From an uncultured Alphaproteobacteria bacterium (GTDB lineage: Bacteria > Pseudomonadota > Alphaproteobacteria > HIMB59 > GCA-002718135): a stretch of DNA of 64,000 bases. Position numbers and translations under genes: made by a program. Under the pieces are notes generated by a model. It saw only the letters and a list, made by a program, of their open reading frames with translations. It was not told the DNA's origin and did not search any database. This document shows, piece by piece, positions 31,137 to 41,703 of this stretch (within the stretch, counting starts at the first letter, position 1; each line of letters opens with the position of its first letter). The stretch is from the NCBI GenBank assembly GCA_902595425.1, contig CACJPV010000003.1, positions 78,401-142,400 of the forward strand. The letters run 5' to 3'.

Positions 31137-32009
31137 GTGACTATTCAATATCATATTAAACAAATAGAAAATTTATTAAATAAAGAAAAAATAATTAAAT
31201 ATGATTTAATACAAACTTCATTTGATATTGCTTGTGTAAAATTTGAGTTATGTAGTGGGGATAAATATATTGCTAAATATTATATTAATAAAAGCAAATC
31301 ATTTAACGCAATAAATGCAGAAAAAGATAATCTAAAATTTTTGAATAAAAAATTTAACTTTTTTCCAAAAGTTATAAGATATGATGATGATTATTTAATA
31401 ACTGAATACATCAACAATGACAATGATAAGCCAAATTCTACAAATGAAGATTTTTTAGAGTCTATTATTAAAATTCATTCCGTTTCCAACAAACAATATG
31501 GTTTATATTTCAATACACAGATAGGAGCAATAAAACAAATTAATAACTTTGAAGATAGTTGGACAAATTTTTATGTAAAAAAAAGATTAAATCCTATGTT
31601 TGAATTAGCAAACAAAAATGAACATATGGGAAACTCAATTAACTATAAAATAAATTATTTAATTAATAATATTGAAAATTTTATCCCAAATAACCCCACG
31701 CCACTTTTATTACATGGTGACATGTGGGAAGGAAATATTCTTTTTAAAGAAAAAAAATTTATGGGTTTTATTGATCCAGGCTCTTTTTTTGGACATAATG
31801 AAATGGAAGTTGCTTATTTAAGATGGTTTAATCCATTGTTTATTGACTCAAAATTTCTAGATAAATATAATGATAAAATAAAACTAGATAAAAATTATCT
31901 TATTTATGAACCTGTTTATCAATTATACTATGCTTTATCTAATGTTGCCCTTTGGGATAAACTATACATAAAAGAAACTAAAAGACTTTTAAAAAAATTA
32001 AGATTATAG
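31137..32009 (+). CDS. Fructosamine kinase family protein
   Basis: T.IG...Q.N, LLHGDMWEGN, IDP..FFGH.EME.A, YQLYY.L. Confidence 0.9.
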   Translation: MTIQYHIKQIENLLNKEKIIKYDLIQTSFDIACVKFELCSGDKYIAKYYINKSKSFNAINAEKDNLKFLNKKFNFFPKVIRYDDDYLITEYINNDNDKPNSTNEDFLESIIKIHSVSNKQYGLYFNTQIGAIKQINNFEDSWTNFYVKKRLNPMFELANKNEHMGNSINYKINYLINNIENFIPNNPTPLLLHGDMWEGNILFKEKKFMGFIDPGSFFGHNEMEVAYLRWFNPLFIDSKFLDKYNDKIKLDKNYLIYEPVYQLYYALSNVALWDKLYIKETKRLLKKLRL

Positions 32010-32013
32010 CTAT

Positions 32014-33066
32014 CTACACACAAGGGTTTGGATCATCCAAATGAATATCTTGAATATCTGAAAGTATTTCTTCGTTTAGATTTATATTAATACTATCTAT
32101 ATTTTCTTTTAGTTGATTCATATCGGTTGCCCCAATAATGTTGCTTGTAACAAATGGACGATTATTAACAAAAGCATTTGCAAAAGTAGAAGGCGCAATT
32201 CCATACTTTTTTGCTAGATTATAATATTTCTCAATTGCTATTTCACCTCTTTCGGTGTGGTGTCTAGAAAATCTTCTAGGCCACAATGTGTATCTTGCAT
32301 TTTTTGGGTTTTTACCTCCAATATATTTGCCACTTAATCTACCTCCAGCTAGTGGTGAATAAGCGAGCAAGCCACAATTTTCTGCAATTGCTACCTCGGA
32401 ATGCGCAATATCAAAAATTCTATTTACTAAACTATAGACATTCTGAACAGACATCATTCTTGGTAAATTTTTTTCTTTAGCAACTTGCAAAAATTTCATC
32501 ATGCCCCAGGGGGTCTCATTAGAAAGACCAACATAACGAACTTTGCCCACCCTTACTAATTCATTTAAATTAAATAGAACCTCTTCAATTGAGGTCCATT
32601 TGTTATCGCTGGAGTCATGTTCAAAATCTAATTTTCCAAATAATGGAACTTTTCTCTCTGGCCAATGAAGTTGGTACAAATCTATATAATCTGTTTTCAA
32701 TCTTTTTAAACTTGCATCAATTGCCTCATTCATATTTTTTTTATCAAATCCTAATTTGTTAGAACCACCTCTAATCCACTCTAAACCATCTGATTTTGAT
32801 GCAATTTTTGAAGCTAAAATTACTTTGTCTCTATTGTTCTTATTCTTAAGCCAATTTCCAATTATCTCTTCTGTTTTCCCATATGTTTCTTTTCTTGGCA
32901 TAACTGCATACAATTCTGCAGTATCAATAAAATTTACCCCTCTTTCGAAGGCATAATCCATTTGTTCAAAACCTTCTTGTTGATTGTTTTGTTCTCCAAA
33001 AGTCATAGTCCCTAAACAAATAACGCTCACTTCCAAATCTGTAGTGCCTAGTTTTCTGTATTTCAT
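32014..33066 (-). CDS. tas: Aldo/keto reductase (Tas family)
   Basis: CLGTMTFGEQN, DTAELY, DLYQLHWPER, GLSNETPWG, AYSPLAGG. Confidence 0.9.
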   Translation of the reverse strand: MKYRKLGTTDLEVSVICLGTMTFGEQNNQQEGFEQMDYAFERGVNFIDTAELYAVMPRKETYGKTEEIIGNWLKNKNNRDKVILASKIASKSDGLEWIRGGSNKLGFDKKNMNEAIDASLKRLKTDYIDLYQLHWPERKVPLFGKLDFEHDSSDNKWTSIEEVLFNLNELVRVGKVRYVGLSNETPWGMMKFLQVAKEKNLPRMMSVQNVYSLVNRIFDIAHSEVAIAENCGLLAYSPLAGGRLSGKYIGGKNPKNARYTLWPRRFSRHHTERGEIAIEKYYNLAKKYGIAPSTFANAFVNNRPFVTSNIIGATDMNQLKENIDSININLNEEILSDIQDIHLDDPNPCV

Positions 33067-33137
33067 AAAAATTTAATAGAATTGCCTTGAATTTGTCTGA
33101 TTTATAGCGATATTAGTAATAATTAAAAGGAGAATTT

Positions 33138-33890
33138 ATGGCTTTAGACTTTAATCAACGATCTTTTACAAAAACAGTAGATCAAGCAGCAGTAGATGAA
33201 GGCTTGAGAGCTTATATGCTTAAAGTCTATAATTATATGACTATTGGCTTGATGCTTACTGGATTTATTGCTTATTTCTTTGGCAAAGCTTCAATCGTTA
33301 CAAATGAAATGGGGCAAATAGTTGGTGTTACCCAACTAGGGGCTTTATTGTTTGGCTCCCCATTAAAATGGGTTGTGATGTTAGCTCCACTTGGTTTTGT
33401 TTTTTATTTAAGTGCAAGAATATCTAGAATGTCAGTTTCTTCAGCACAAATAACATTCTGGTTATTTGCAAGTATTATGGGTCTTTCACTAGCTTCAGTG
33501 TTTATCGAATTTACTCAAACGTCAATTGCAAGAGTATTTTTTATAACAGCAGGAACTTTTGGTGCAATGAGCTTGTATGGTTATACAACAAAAAGAGATT
33601 TAACTAAGCTGGGCGGATTTTTATTTATGGGTTTAATTGGTATTATTATTGCAAGCCTTGTAAATATCTTTGTGCAAAGCAGTGCTATGCAATTTGCTAT
33701 ATCTGTCATTGGAGTATTAGTATTTGTTGGTTTAACTGCCTATGATACTCAAAACATAAAAAATATGTATTATGGTGGTGATAGTGAAGAAATTGGATCC
33801 AAAAAAGCATTAATGGGCGCCCTAAAACTATATTTGGATTTTATAAATCTGTTTATTTTACTACTGCAGCTATTTGGGCAAAGAAGATAA
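33138..33890 (+). CDS. Bax inhibitor-1/YccA family membrane protein
   Basis: DEGLRAYMLKVYNYM, GYTTKRDL, TAYDTQ, GAL.LYLDFINLF; AAGGAG SD. Confidence 0.95.
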   Translation: MALDFNQRSFTKTVDQAAVDEGLRAYMLKVYNYMTIGLMLTGFIAYFFGKASIVTNEMGQIVGVTQLGALLFGSPLKWVVMLAPLGFVFYLSARISRMSVSSAQITFWLFASIMGLSLASVFIEFTQTSIARVFFITAGTFGAMSLYGYTTKRDLTKLGGFLFMGLIGIIIASLVNIFVQSSAMQFAISVIGVLVFVGLTAYDTQNIKNMYYGGDSEEIGSKKALMGALKLYLDFINLFILLLQLFGQRR

Positions 33891-33927
33891 GCTTACCATT
33901 AATTATCTAATAATTCATTCTAATATT

Positions 33928-33956
33928 ACCCAGTCTTTGATAGACTGGGTTTTTTT
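33928..33956 (+). terminator. Intrinsic terminator after the YccA-family gene
   Basis: ACCCAGTCT-TTGAT-AGACTGGGT-TTTTTT. Confidence 0.85.
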
Positions 33957-35750
33957 ATGAAAAAAATACGCGAAAAAATTAATTTGGCCTTAAGTCTTTT
34001 TAACAAAGGTCAAAAGGAAAAAGCAATAAGTATAATTGATTTGCTTATAAAACATAATGAAGAGAACATAGACTTATTAATTATTCATGCCAAAATGAAC
34101 AATGGTGTAAACAATATTGATAAAGCAAACAACAGTCTCTTGAAAGTTTTAGAATATCAACCATCAAACATTCAGGCTCTTAAGTTAATTTATGTTAACT
34201 ACTTAAGAGATAGTAAATATGATCTTGCAATAAAATATATCAATATACTTCTAAATTTAAAAACTAATGACTATGAGCTATTTAGAGATAAAGCATTTAT
34301 AGAATATTTAAATAAAAATTATAAAATTTCTAAAAGTTTTATAGATGAAGCCCTTAAATTAAATCAAGAAGAGGTTTTTGGTTTAAATGTGGCTGGTCTC
34401 TTGCATGTAGAAAATGGGACCACCCTAAATGCAATAAATTATTTTAAAAAAGCAATTTCAATAAATAAGAATTATATAGATAGTTTTAATAACCTTGGAA
34501 AATGTTACATAGATCTTGAAGAATTAGATAAAGCCTATTTTTATTTTAAAAAAGCTTTTAGGCTTAATTCAAAATCATACTTTCCGTTAATGAACATTGC
34601 GAATATTTTATCTCTTAAAGATAAAAACAAATTAGCAATCAAATTTTATAAAAAAATATTAGAATTAGAGCCTAATAATCAGGTTGTTGAAGAAAACATA
34701 GCTATTTGTAATTGCAGATTAAAAAATTTTGATTGGGTTGAAAAAAAATACAAAGATCAACTTAAGGTAGGAAATTTAAATCACAACCTTGTTCTTGGTT
34801 ATTCATATTTGCTACTAAACAAGAAAAGGTTTAGTGAAGCTTTTAACTTATTTGATGCAAGATTAAAAACAGAAAGTTTGAAAAAAAAGAATATTCATCA
34901 CTCAAATATAATGGAAAAAATGATTTTTAGTGGAAAGCTTGAAAAAGATGAAAAGCTATTAATAGTTAAAGAAGGCGGAGTAGGTGATGAAATATTATTT
35001 AGCAGTATGTATAAAAATTTAATAGAAAATGATTTTTCTGGAGTTAAAATAGAGTGTGACATAAGACTATTAGAAATTTTTAAAAGATCATTTAATAAGA
35101 ATATTTTTTTTCCTTTTGGATATTTCTCATCCTCAAAAACTAAAAGTAATGAATTTGATAAAATTATTTATTCTGGAAGTTTAACAAAATACTTTAGGCA
35201 AAATGAAAAAGACTTCAAGGTCAAGCCTTATTTGAAAACTTTAAAATCACTAGATGATAAGTTTTCCTTAGAACTAAAAAATTTTGCTAAAAAGAAAAAA
35301 ATAGGTCTTTCATGGAGAAGTGTGATTAATATTTTTGGAGGACTTAAATCTTTAAAAATCAGTGATTTTGAAAAACTATTTTCATACAATAGATTGTTTG
35401 TAAATCTTCAATATGGCGATACAAGTGATGAATTAGCAAAATTTGAAAAATATGGAAAAGAAATTTACAATTTTAAAAAAATTGATTTGTTTAACGATTT
35501 TGATTCTTTGATAAGCATTTTAAAAAGTCTAGATATATTTGTGACAGTTAGTAATTCAACTGCACATTTTGCTGGTGCTCTTGGGGTAAAGACAATTCTT
35601 GTTTGTCCAAAAAAGTCATCTACTTATTATTATTGGGATTATGAAGATGGTAGAACTCCTTGGTATCCAAGTATATCAATTGTAAAATTTACAAATTCAG
35701 TTGATTACACAATGAATTTAATAAATGATTTAATTGAAGAAAGTTTATGA
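33957..35750 (+). CDS. TPR-repeat protein with C-terminal GT9-like glycosyltransferase domain
   Basis: N-terminal TPRs; EGGVGDEILF, IGLSWRS, NLQYGD, TVSNSTAHFAGALGV, TPWYPS. Confidence 0.85.
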   Translation: MKKIREKINLALSLFNKGQKEKAISIIDLLIKHNEENIDLLIIHAKMNNGVNNIDKANNSLLKVLEYQPSNIQALKLIYVNYLRDSKYDLAIKYINILLNLKTNDYELFRDKAFIEYLNKNYKISKSFIDEALKLNQEEVFGLNVAGLLHVENGTTLNAINYFKKAISINKNYIDSFNNLGKCYIDLEELDKAYFYFKKAFRLNSKSYFPLMNIANILSLKDKNKLAIKFYKKILELEPNNQVVEENIAICNCRLKNFDWVEKKYKDQLKVGNLNHNLVLGYSYLLLNKKRFSEAFNLFDARLKTESLKKKNIHHSNIMEKMIFSGKLEKDEKLLIVKEGGVGDEILFSSMYKNLIENDFSGVKIECDIRLLEIFKRSFNKNIFFPFGYFSSSKTKSNEFDKIIYSGSLTKYFRQNEKDFKVKPYLKTLKSLDDKFSLELKNFAKKKKIGLSWRSVINIFGGLKSLKISDFEKLFSYNRLFVNLQYGDTSDELAKFEKYGKEIYNFKKIDLFNDFDSLISILKSLDIFVTVSNSTAHFAGALGVKTILVCPKKSSTYYYWDYEDGRTPWYPSISIVKFTNSVDYTMNLINDLIEESL

Positions 35751-37528
35751 ATTTATCAAATAAACTCAATGCAATCTTAAAAGATTATTCAGAAGGAAAT
35801 AAAGAGTCAGCATACAAAAAGTTTAGAAAAATTTATTTACAAAATAATAAAAATATAAAATTAAGATTTAACTTAGCTGTCATGCAACAAGAACTGGGCT
35901 TATTAGATGAAGCAGAAAAAAACTATATAAGCCTTATAAAAAACGATCCAAATGTTAAGTATAAAATTAATCTGTATAATTTGTATATTACAAAAAGACT
36001 TTTTCAAAATGCGTTAGACTTAATAAATGAAATTCAAACTCAAAATTTAAACTTATCTAAAGTAAATCAGGACAAGGTTTACATTTTATATTTAATAAAA
36101 AATTATGAGGATTGCATAATAGAATCATATAAAATTCTAGAGGTAGAAAATAATAATATTTTCATCTTAAATACACTTGGATTATGCTATTTTCATAAAC
36201 AAAATTATGAAAAAGCAAATCAAACCTTTTGTCAGGCATTAAGTCTCGACAACAACAACATTGAAGTATTAAATTCATTAGGAAGACTAAGCCATGAATT
36301 GAGAAATTCAAAAGACGCTGAGCTTTATTTTAACAAAGCATATGATTTAAACCCACAAACTTTTGAAACTTTGAACAACTTTGCTGGATTTTATCTTGAA
36401 GAGGGGGAATATATTAAGGCAATAGATTTTTATAAACAAGCTGAAGCCTTAAAACCCAAAAACCCTGTTTTGCTTAATAATATAGCAAAAGCTTATATTT
36501 GTATTGATGAACTAAATTACGCTGAAGAGTACAACAGAAAAGCAATTATCATCGATCAAAATAATGATGAATTAAAAAAAACTCTCTCTCTAATACTTTT
36601 GAAGAAATATGATTTTAAAAATGCTTGGTTATATTTTGATGGTAGATTGGGATTGTCTGATTTTAGAAGTAAAAATTCTACTATAGATTTAGTAAAAAAT
36701 AAAATACCAAAAAAAACAATTGATAAAAATTCAAAAATTTTAGTGTTAAGAGAGCAGGGTGTTGGTGATGAAATATTATATGGAACCATGTATGAAAATT
36801 TATTAAAAGAATTTTCTGATGTAACAATTGAGTGTGATGAGAGACTTTTATCTTTATTTAAAAATTCATTTAAAAAAGATGGATCTAAATTTGTAAAATT
36901 AGGTATTTATTCCTCAGACCCAAACAAGGTTAAAAATTTTGACTATATTATGTATGCTGGTAGCCTTGGAAAGTTTTTTAGAGGAGATATAAAATTATTT
37001 CCTGAAAACTCATATATTAAAAGTTTAGATAATTATGTCGACATCGAATTAGAAAATATACTAAAGAAAAGCAATGGAATTAAAATTGGTATTTCTTGGA
37101 AAAGCTTTAAAAATAGATACTCTAAAGAAAAATCTTTATCTCTTGATGACTTTATAGATATATTTAAATTAGAAAAATCTACAATTTTTAATTTACAGTA
37201 TGGTGATGTTAAAGATGAGCTCCATCAATTTATAAAGAAGAAAAAAGTTACAATCATTAGTTTAAGAGATTTAGATATATTTAATAATTTGACTGGTTTA
37301 GCAAACCTACTTAGTAAACTTGATATTTTTATAACTGTTAGTAATAGCACTGCTCACCTAGCTGGTGCTCTTGGAGTGAAAACATTATTGATCAAACCCG
37401 ACAATCATGCCTCTTTTCACTATTGGAATTACTCCAATGGAAAAACACCATGGTATAAATCAATAAAAATCATTTCTAAAGAAGATCTGAGAGATAAAGA
37501 ATTAATTAAAAAATTTTTTAAAGCTTAA
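35747..37528 (+). CDS. TPR-repeat protein with C-terminal GT9-like domain (tandem paralog)
   Basis: TPRs; EQGVGDEILY, IGISWKS, NLQYGD, TVSNSTAHLAGALGV, TPWYKS. Confidence 0.85.
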   Translation: MNLSNKLNAILKDYSEGNKESAYKKFRKIYLQNNKNIKLRFNLAVMQQELGLLDEAEKNYISLIKNDPNVKYKINLYNLYITKRLFQNALDLINEIQTQNLNLSKVNQDKVYILYLIKNYEDCIIESYKILEVENNNIFILNTLGLCYFHKQNYEKANQTFCQALSLDNNNIEVLNSLGRLSHELRNSKDAELYFNKAYDLNPQTFETLNNFAGFYLEEGEYIKAIDFYKQAEALKPKNPVLLNNIAKAYICIDELNYAEEYNRKAIIIDQNNDELKKTLSLILLKKYDFKNAWLYFDGRLGLSDFRSKNSTIDLVKNKIPKKTIDKNSKILVLREQGVGDEILYGTMYENLLKEFSDVTIECDERLLSLFKNSFKKDGSKFVKLGIYSSDPNKVKNFDYIMYAGSLGKFFRGDIKLFPENSYIKSLDNYVDIELENILKKSNGIKIGISWKSFKNRYSKEKSLSLDDFIDIFKLEKSTIFNLQYGDVKDELHQFIKKKKVTIISLRDLDIFNNLTGLANLLSKLDIFITVSNSTAHLAGALGVKTLLIKPDNHASFHYWNYSNGKTPWYKSIKIISKEDLRDKELIKKFFKA

Positions 37529-38216
37529 ATTTTTTAGATAGGTATTCATCTCTCTCTGTTAACCACTCAGAAGCAAACTCAACATCTTGCCATTCTTGAA
37601 ACCAAGGACCGCCTCTTGTGTAATGAACTGCATATGGGGTTCTGTTGTTGTGATTAGATGTCCAACCCTCAAGCCAGTTCCATCTTTCATCAAGAGAACC
37701 TATCTCACTATCGTCTAACCACTTAAATTGATGTAAAAAAGCACCTGATTCACTATTGACTAAATCAATGCTAAGCATTTTATTTTTTGGATGTGCGCAA
37801 TTAAAAAGAATAAAACTTGACCAATTTTTTCTTGGATAGATAGTTTGTTTTTGGCCATCCATCTTATGTTTTTCTTTAGGCGTATAATCATGTTTTACAC
37901 AGTAAACCGCTTTTGAGTCATCAAGGTTTTCTGTAATTTTGGCTATATCATTTAAGAAAATAAAATCACAATCACAAAATATAGCCCATCCATTATATTT
38001 CATTAATGCAGGTACTAAAAATCTTGAATAAGTAAATTGGGTAGATGCTAAAGGATCTACATCTCTTCTGTAAAAATTTTTAGCTATAAGTTCATCTAAC
38101 TTTAATGAAAAAACATTGACATTTATTGAGGCTCTTTTCAATAATGAATATTTACAAACCCTGTAGGCTATATCTTCTTTTGAGTCATAACCAACAAAAC
38201 AGTATAGAGTCTTCAT
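37518..38216 (-). CDS. GT-A glycosyltransferase, CDI-like
   Basis: FVGYD..E, STQFTYSRFLVP, FCDCDF (DxD), KMDG..Q..YPRKNWSS, HYTRGGPWF; start moved to ATG 38216 to avoid overlap. Confidence 0.85.
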   Translation of the reverse strand: MKTLYCFVGYDSKEDIAYRVCKYSLLKRASINVNVFSLKLDELIAKNFYRRDVDPLASTQFTYSRFLVPALMKYNGWAIFCDCDFIFLNDIAKITENLDDSKAVYCVKHDYTPKEKHKMDGQKQTIYPRKNWSSFILFNCAHPKNKMLSIDLVNSESGAFLHQFKWLDDSEIGSLDERWNWLEGWTSNHNNRTPYAVHYTRGGPWFQEWQDVEFASEWLTERDEYLSKKFKL

Positions 38217-38218
38217 TA

Positions 38219-39514
38219 TTATATTGTACTTAACATTTTTGGTTGCCTCCATTCAAGAGAATTAAAATGGCCATGCTCAGAAAGAGCTGACCAGTTTTTT
38301 TGTGGATTATTTGTGATCTTACAAACCCAATAGCAATCAAGTTCCGCATTGTTAGCTCTTAATTTCCACCCTTCACTTTTTTGAATATCGTTATGCTCAC
38401 CTAATTCAATTTCAGACATAAAAAAACAAATTTCTCTTGATGGGTTTGAACCAATTAATCCTTTTATTTGTTCTCGAGCTAAAGACCATTGATTTAAGTA
38501 GATTGCAAAATCTATTAAAAGTTTTTTTGATTCCTCGCTATGTTGGTTTTTAGAAATTATATTTTTAATAAAACTTATTTCATTAATCTTATTCTCTTTT
38601 AAAATCTCGGTGATTGATAATCTTAGAGCTGAACTTGGAATTTCATTCCAGTATTTTTTTAAAACTTTTTGAATTTTGTTTAATTGATTATTTTTAAATA
38701 AGATTTGTAGGTATAATTTAATATAAGGTGGAAAATATTTTCTCATTGAAATTGCTTTTTCAATTAGTCTTAAAGCTTCATTGACATCACTATCTTTTTT
38801 TATTTTTGCTATTTCAAATAAAGCGATAGATTTATTTTCATTTGCTGTTTCTTTTTTAATAATTTTATTTGCATAGGCTTTGTCAGTTATAAATATTGCT
38901 TGATTCCAGTTTCTTGTTTTTGCAATAATATTAATAAGCGTTTCATAAAGTTTATCAATTTTTGGATTTAGAGAAAATAATTTTTCTCCATAAATAAAAG
39001 CATGGTGATAATCCTGCTGATTTAAGCTTTGCTCCATTAAGCCTCTATATCCAAGTGTTTTAGTCTGGTTATTTTTAATCATTAAGTCGTAAATATTATT
39101 TAAATCATCAGATTTTTTTTCAACTTTTAATATTTCAGATTGCAATAGCAGGTTAAGACTCGTATCATCTTTTAACAAACCTTTCATTTTTTTTGCAGAA
39201 ATTATAGCGCTTTTATTATCTTTATTTGATAAGGCAATCATAGCTTCAACAAAAAATTGGTATCCTTTTTTAGTTTTATTAAGCTTCTTTTCATGAGAAT
39301 ATTTTTGAAATGAAAATTTAGTTTTAAAATAAATAAAATTTAAAAAAATTATTATTATTATAAAAAAAATAGAGGCAATAACCAAAAAATTTGAACTAAA
39401 GGTGTATGTAAGATCACCAATGTCAAAAGAGACTAGAAAAGAATTAGAAACTAGATAAAGCACAATTGATAAATAGATTACTATTTGAAATAAAATAAAT
39501 ATGAATTTAAACAA
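38219..39514 (-). CDS. hemY: HemY-like TPR membrane protein
   Basis: Two N-terminal TMs, LGYRGL, C-terminal W.C......W......HFNSLEW. Confidence 0.8.
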   Translation of the reverse strand: MFKFIFILFQIVIYLSIVLYLVSNSFLVSFDIGDLTYTFSSNFLVIASIFFIIIIIFLNFIYFKTKFSFQKYSHEKKLNKTKKGYQFFVEAMIALSNKDNKSAIISAKKMKGLLKDDTSLNLLLQSEILKVEKKSDDLNNIYDLMIKNNQTKTLGYRGLMEQSLNQQDYHHAFIYGEKLFSLNPKIDKLYETLINIIAKTRNWNQAIFITDKAYANKIIKKETANENKSIALFEIAKIKKDSDVNEALRLIEKAISMRKYFPPYIKLYLQILFKNNQLNKIQKVLKKYWNEIPSSALRLSITEILKENKINEISFIKNIISKNQHSEESKKLLIDFAIYLNQWSLAREQIKGLIGSNPSREICFFMSEIELGEHNDIQKSEGWKLRANNAELDCYWVCKITNNPQKNWSALSEHGHFNSLEWRQPKMLSTI

Positions 39515-39515
39515 C

Positions 39516-40400
39516 TTAACTTACCTTCTTAATGAGTTCCATAAACTCTATTGCAATCTTTATTTGTTCCAAAGAGACACTAAAAAAACTTTCATAATCT
39601 TTTAATTTAATTATTCGGTTATAAGACTCACTATATTTTTTTTCTTCTATAAGTCTTTCTATTTGTTTTAGAATATATATATCATTGTTTTCAATATCAT
39701 TATTATTTGAAGGTTTTATTTCAATAAAATTCATTAAGGATTTTTTAAAAAAACTACTTGAATATTGTGTGTGCTTTTCCTTTAAAAATATATCTGATTC
39801 TTTAGCAAAAATATTTTTGATAAAACTATTTCCACGAAAATTATTCAACATTATTAAATTAATTTTTTCAAAAATATTTTCATTTTTTTCACCATTAAGA
39901 TTTTTTAACAAACTCAATTCTTCAGTGTAATTTATATTATGCTCAAATTTACTAGTTATTAGCCTTGCCAATTCTTTCTTATTTTTTTCTAAAATAGTTG
40001 TTGTGAAATCTTTATTTTTTGTTTCTTTGGTTTTTGATAAGTCAATTGACTCTATTTTCTCAATATTTTTTGAAATTATGTTTAGTTCTAAATATAACTC
40101 TTGTATCTTTTCAGATAATAAAATTAATTCATTTGAATAATTAATTTCATTATTGGTTTCTAAGGTTTCTTTTATCTCACTTAAAATTATATCGTTTGTT
40201 GAGATTTTAGTAACAATATTAGAAATTTTTTTTGAATTTTCCTCAAGTTTAATCAATATATCTTCTTGCTCACTTTTTGAATTTTCCTGATTTTGAAAAC
40301 TTATGAAAAAAAAATATCCAAGAACAACTAAACATATCAAAAGAATAAAAGATGTGCTTAATTTTGAAAAAATATAGAAATATTCTAAGGTTTTTTTCAT
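39516..40400 (-). CDS. TM-anchored coiled-coil protein, probable divergent Mic60/mitofilin (HemX-like) homolog
   Basis: One N-terminal TM plus coiled coil; directly upstream of hemY and divergent from tsaD (call rests on synteny). Confidence 0.5.
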   Translation of the reverse strand: MKKTLEYFYIFSKLSTSFILLICLVVLGYFFFISFQNQENSKSEQEDILIKLEENSKKISNIVTKISTNDIILSEIKETLETNNEINYSNELILLSEKIQELYLELNIISKNIEKIESIDLSKTKETKNKDFTTTILEKNKKELARLITSKFEHNINYTEELSLLKNLNGEKNENIFEKINLIMLNNFRGNSFIKNIFAKESDIFLKEKHTQYSSSFFKKSLMNFIEIKPSNNNDIENNDIYILKQIERLIEEKKYSESYNRIIKLKDYESFFSVSLEQIKIAIEFMELIKKVS

Positions 40401-40446
40401 TAATGCTTTTTATCATTATTACCTAGTTGTTTAACAGAGGAAATTA

Positions 40447-41472
40447 ATGTACCAAAAAAATATGCTTGTATTTGCAGTAGAAACCTCATGTGATGAAACG
40501 TCTGTTTGTATTATGAATGAAGATAAAACCATCTTATCGCATATTGTTTATTCTCAAGAAATTCACAAAAAACACGGAGGGGTGGTTCCAGAGTTAGCAT
40601 CAAGAGCTCATCTTGAAATTCTTCAGCATATTACAAAAGAAGCGCTTAAAGAATCAGGTGTAAAGCTAAACGATATAGACTTATTTGCTGCTACATGTGG
40701 GCCTGGACTAATTGGAGGCTTATTAATAGGATCGACTTTTACAAAATCACTTTCAATTGGAAGTAATAAACCATTTGTTCCTATTAATCATTTAGAGGCT
40801 CATGTTCTATCAACATTTTATAACAATAAGATTGCGTTACCACATTTGTCTTTGCTTGTAACAGGGGGGCATACTCAAATTTATAAGTTAGATAATATAA
40901 ATGAAATAGAGCTTATCGGAGAAACAATAGATGATGCTGTTGGGGAAGCTTTTGATAAAGTGGCTAAAATTTTAGGATTAAATTATCCTGGAGGCGCAGA
41001 GTTAGAAAGAAGGGCATTAAAAGGTAATGAGGATAAATTTTCTTTACCTCAACCACTTATCAATGAGAACAATTTAAATTTTTCATTTTCAGGTCTTAAA
41101 ACAGCAATAAATATTATAGCAAAAAAAAATCACATAAATGAAGAATTTGTTAATGATATGTCAGCCTCATTTCAAAAATGTATATCAGCAATCTTAGAAA
41201 AAAAATTGGAGAAGGCAATTAAATTGTTAAATACTTCTGATAAAAAATTTTTTGAACTTTCAATTGTTGGGGGGGTTGCAAACAATAAATATATCAGAAC
41301 AAAATTAACTAGAGTTTGCAAAAGAAAGAATATGAATTTAGTACTTCCAATTAATGAAATGATGAGCGATAATGCTGCAATGATTGCTTGGGCATGTATT
41401 AATAAATTAGGCAAATCTAAAAAAAATATATATTTTAGACCAAATCCAAGACTAAGTATTAAATATGATTGA
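40447..41472 (+). CDS. tsaD: tRNA threonylcarbamoyladenosine biosynthesis protein TsaD
   Basis: ETSCDET, GGVVPELASRAH, HLEAH, GGHTQ, DDAVGEAFDK, DNAAMIA. Confidence 0.97.
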   Translation: MYQKNMLVFAVETSCDETSVCIMNEDKTILSHIVYSQEIHKKHGGVVPELASRAHLEILQHITKEALKESGVKLNDIDLFAATCGPGLIGGLLIGSTFTKSLSIGSNKPFVPINHLEAHVLSTFYNNKIALPHLSLLVTGGHTQIYKLDNINEIELIGETIDDAVGEAFDKVAKILGLNYPGGAELERRALKGNEDKFSLPQPLINENNLNFSFSGLKTAINIIAKKNHINEEFVNDMSASFQKCISAILEKKLEKAIKLLNTSDKKFFELSIVGGVANNKYIRTKLTRVCKRKNMNLVLPINEMMSDNAAMIAWACINKLGKSKKNIYFRPNPRLSIKYD

Positions 41473-41698
41473 TTATCTTTTAGATAAAATAAAAAAAACA
41501 AAAATAACAGAAAAAATTTTAAAAAACCCTTCTTTAAACTCTGTTCTAATTGAAATAAATGCAAATAGGGAAGAAGATAAAGAAATTTTAGAAATAATGA
41601 AAATTAATGGATTTAATTATGATATTAATCAAATTAAAAAATCTACTCGACTCAAGGGACGTCACAAAGGATATGCTGAATATATTTTCAAAAGATAA
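41465..41698 (+). pseudogene. 77-aa ORF resembling the C-terminal fragment of an FkbM-family methyltransferase
   Basis: KILKNPSLNSVLIEIN......IL..MK.NGF...YIFKR recalls FkbM C-termini; no SAM-binding N-terminal part. Confidence 0.35.
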
Positions 41699-41703
41699 AA
41701 TAT

